A stretch of 64,000 bases of DNA from Malacoraja senta (taxonomy: Eukaryota). This document shows, piece by piece, positions 61,575 through 64,000 of the stretch (the first letter of the stretch is position 1; each line of letters opens with the position of its first letter). The stretch covers positions 434,001 to 498,000 of the forward strand of contig JAXLNO010000627.1 in NCBI GenBank assembly GCA_038087875.1, read 5' to 3'. Under the pieces are notes generated by a model. The model saw nothing but the letters and a program-made list of their open reading frames with translations, was not told the origin of the DNA and searched no databases. The position numbers were made by a program, and so were the translations under genes.

Positions 61575-64000
61575 AAAGTGTGTCTTACATTAATCGAATA
61601 TTTATGCACGTTTAATAAGTGTTCATTCCAACTTTCCTTTGAAATTTTAATAGCTAACTCTTGTTCCCAGTCTCTTCTGATACCCTCCGTAGATGGTATT
61701 TGTACATTTAAGATAATATTATACAAATATGATATTAAGTTTGCTGATTCAGCTTTTATCTGCATTGCCTCATCCAAATACATCTACTGGGTTATTATAA
61801 TGATCTTTTGTATATTTTTTCAAATAGTCGCATATTTGAAAATATTTAAAATATTGATTATTTCCGAGTTTATATTTTATTTGTAATTGTTGAAATGAAA
61901 GTAATTTTCCAGTTCCATACAAGTCACCAAGCGTTTTAATTCCTTGTCTATCCCAATGTGTAAAAGCTTTATCTATAATAGAGGGATTAAACGAAGGGTT
62001 ATTAAATATAGGTAATAAAAGTGATAAATTTCTTAATTTTAAATTTTGTTTTATTTGTTTCCAAATTCGGATTGTACTATGAATAATTGGGTTCTTATTA
62101 TAATTTATGTTATTCAATTTCATTGGAGAAAGGAGGATCGCTCCAATGTTTCCAGAGGAGCAATCCTCTTTCTCAATTACAATCCAGTCCACTTGCTGGG
62201 CGGAGTTATCCATCAGTTGAATCATATTTTTAATATTTACTGACCAATAATAATACATAAAGTTAGGTAGTGCTAAACCCCCTAATACTTTAGGTTTATT
62301 CAGATGAGTTTTTTGTATTCTATGTGATTTATAGTCCCATATAAAATTAGTGATATCTGAGTCGAGTTTTAAAAAAAACTTCTTTGGTAAGTATATAGGA
62401 ATCGATTGAAATAGGTATAAAATTTGTGGTAGAAAGATCATTTTTATTGCGTTTATTCGGCCTATTAAAGACATCGGGAGCGTTTTCCAGAATTTAATTA
62501 GTGTGTTTAATTTATTAAGTAGGGGGTCAAAATTTGCCCTAAACATACCTTGATATGTTCTGGTAATTTCGACTCCCAAGTATTTAAATTTTTCTGTAGC
62601 TATTTTAAAAGGGAATTTTAAAAGATGTGTTGAATCTTTCGGTTTTATTGACATAATTTCACTTTTATTCCAATTTATTCTATATCCAGAAAAAGATCCA
62701 AAGTCTTCAATTAAATTTAATATATTTGGTATAGTGATTTGAGGTTTTGTAATGTGCAGTAATATATCATCCGCGTATAAAGATATTTTATTATATGAGT
62801 CTTTAGTATTATATCCATGGATATCAGGGTGTATTCTAATTTTTTCTGCTAGCGATTCAATAATGAGAGCAAACAGCTGTGGTGATAATGAGCATCCTTG
62901 TCTATTTCCCCTTGATAGTTGGAATTTCGCGGATAATTTGTTATCAGTTAGTATTCTAGCTGTAGGTTTGTTATATAGTAACTTGATCCATAGAATAAAA
63001 TTCTCCCCCAGTTGGAATTATTGTAATACTTTATCCATATAATTCCATTCAACTTGATCAAATGCTTTTTCAGCATCCAGCGAAATAATTGACAATTCTT
63101 GATCTTCAGATTTGTATGTGCATTATGTTGAGTAGACGTCTCATATTGTTAGATGAGTATCTCTTAGGGATAAACCCCGTCTGATCTGCGTTTATTAATT
63201 TACTAATGTATTTACTTAATCTTCTAGCTAATGTTTTCGCTAATATTTTTTGATCTGTGTTTAACAATGCTATAGCTCTATATGAACCAGGTTCTCCTAA
63301 ATCTTTGTTTTTCTTAGGTATTAGTGTAATCGTTGATTCCGCTAATATATCAGGTAGTATTCGTTTTTTATAAGCATATTGGTACATTTTTTGTAATCTT
63401 GGTATTATTTTATCATAAAAGCTTTTATAAAATTCATTAGTAAATCCATCAGGGCCTGGTGTTTTTCCATTCTTTAGTGAGTTTATTGTATCTTCTAATT
63501 CCTTAATTGAGATTTGTGCACCCAATTCCTCTTGTTCCTTCAGCTCTAACTTTGGAAGATAACAGTTATCCAAAAACTTTGTGATATTATTGGAATCAAT
63601 TGTCGTTTTAGATGTATACAAATTCTCATAAAATTGCGCAAATCTTTTATTAATATCCTTCGGTGTTGTTAATAATTCCCCTTTATCTGATTTGATCTTT
63701 GGTATAGTATGTTCCTTTTCTTCTTTTTTTAGCTGGCGAGCCAAAAGTTTATGTGGTTTATCCCCAAATTCAAAGTGCTCTTGTTTTGTAATTTGAAAAA
63801 GTCTTCTAAGTTTGGCAGATAATAATTTATTTAATTTAAATTTCAAAATTATTATTTTATTATGTTTATCTATTGATGGATCTTTAGCATTATCTACATC
63901 CATTTGCCTAATAAGTTATTCCAACTGTCTTTGTTCATTCTTATTCTTTTTATTTTGAAAAGCTTGATATGAAATTATAATACCCCTAATGTATGCTTTA
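61575..64000 (-). mobile_element. Older (host) L1: disrupted ORF2, runs off the window
   Basis: GKTPGPDGF, DQTGFI, YADD and KYLG; frameshifts and stops; clearly homologous to the inner L1 ORF2. Confidence 0.95.

Overview
Repeat-dense vertebrate genomic DNA. The mix of repeats and the receptor type suggest a cartilaginous fish, probably a skate or ray (inference only). The single intact host gene is a two-exon class A GPCR of the GPR139/GPR142-like type on the minus strand: a 70-bp exon 1 at 38557-38626 (absent from the ORF track) spliced to exon 2 at 29967-30865, 322 aa in total. Its upstream region, exon 1 and proximal intron have a diverged inverted copy at about 3261-6742, which holds a second intact exon 1 (5120-5189, +) but no exon 2 in the window; a 200-N gap lies at 7389-7588. 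The rest is nested mobile DNA: many CR1, RTE and Rex1/Babar LINE pieces; a very young non-autonomous chimeric ERV (16186-22153; 546-bp LTRs with 2 differences, CAAG TSD, tRNA-Pro PBS) with a C-depleted core carrying a CR1 fragment; three head-to-tail non-autonomous Helitrons (22307-28577); Penelope-like elements and short derivatives with minimal hammerhead ribozyme motifs; a MULE-like MITE with TTAGGG tracts; and an intact full-length L1 (54970-61574) inserted antisense into an older related L1, with a duplicated, apparently structured RNA module between its ORFs. There is no CRISPR array, rRNA or tRNA gene.
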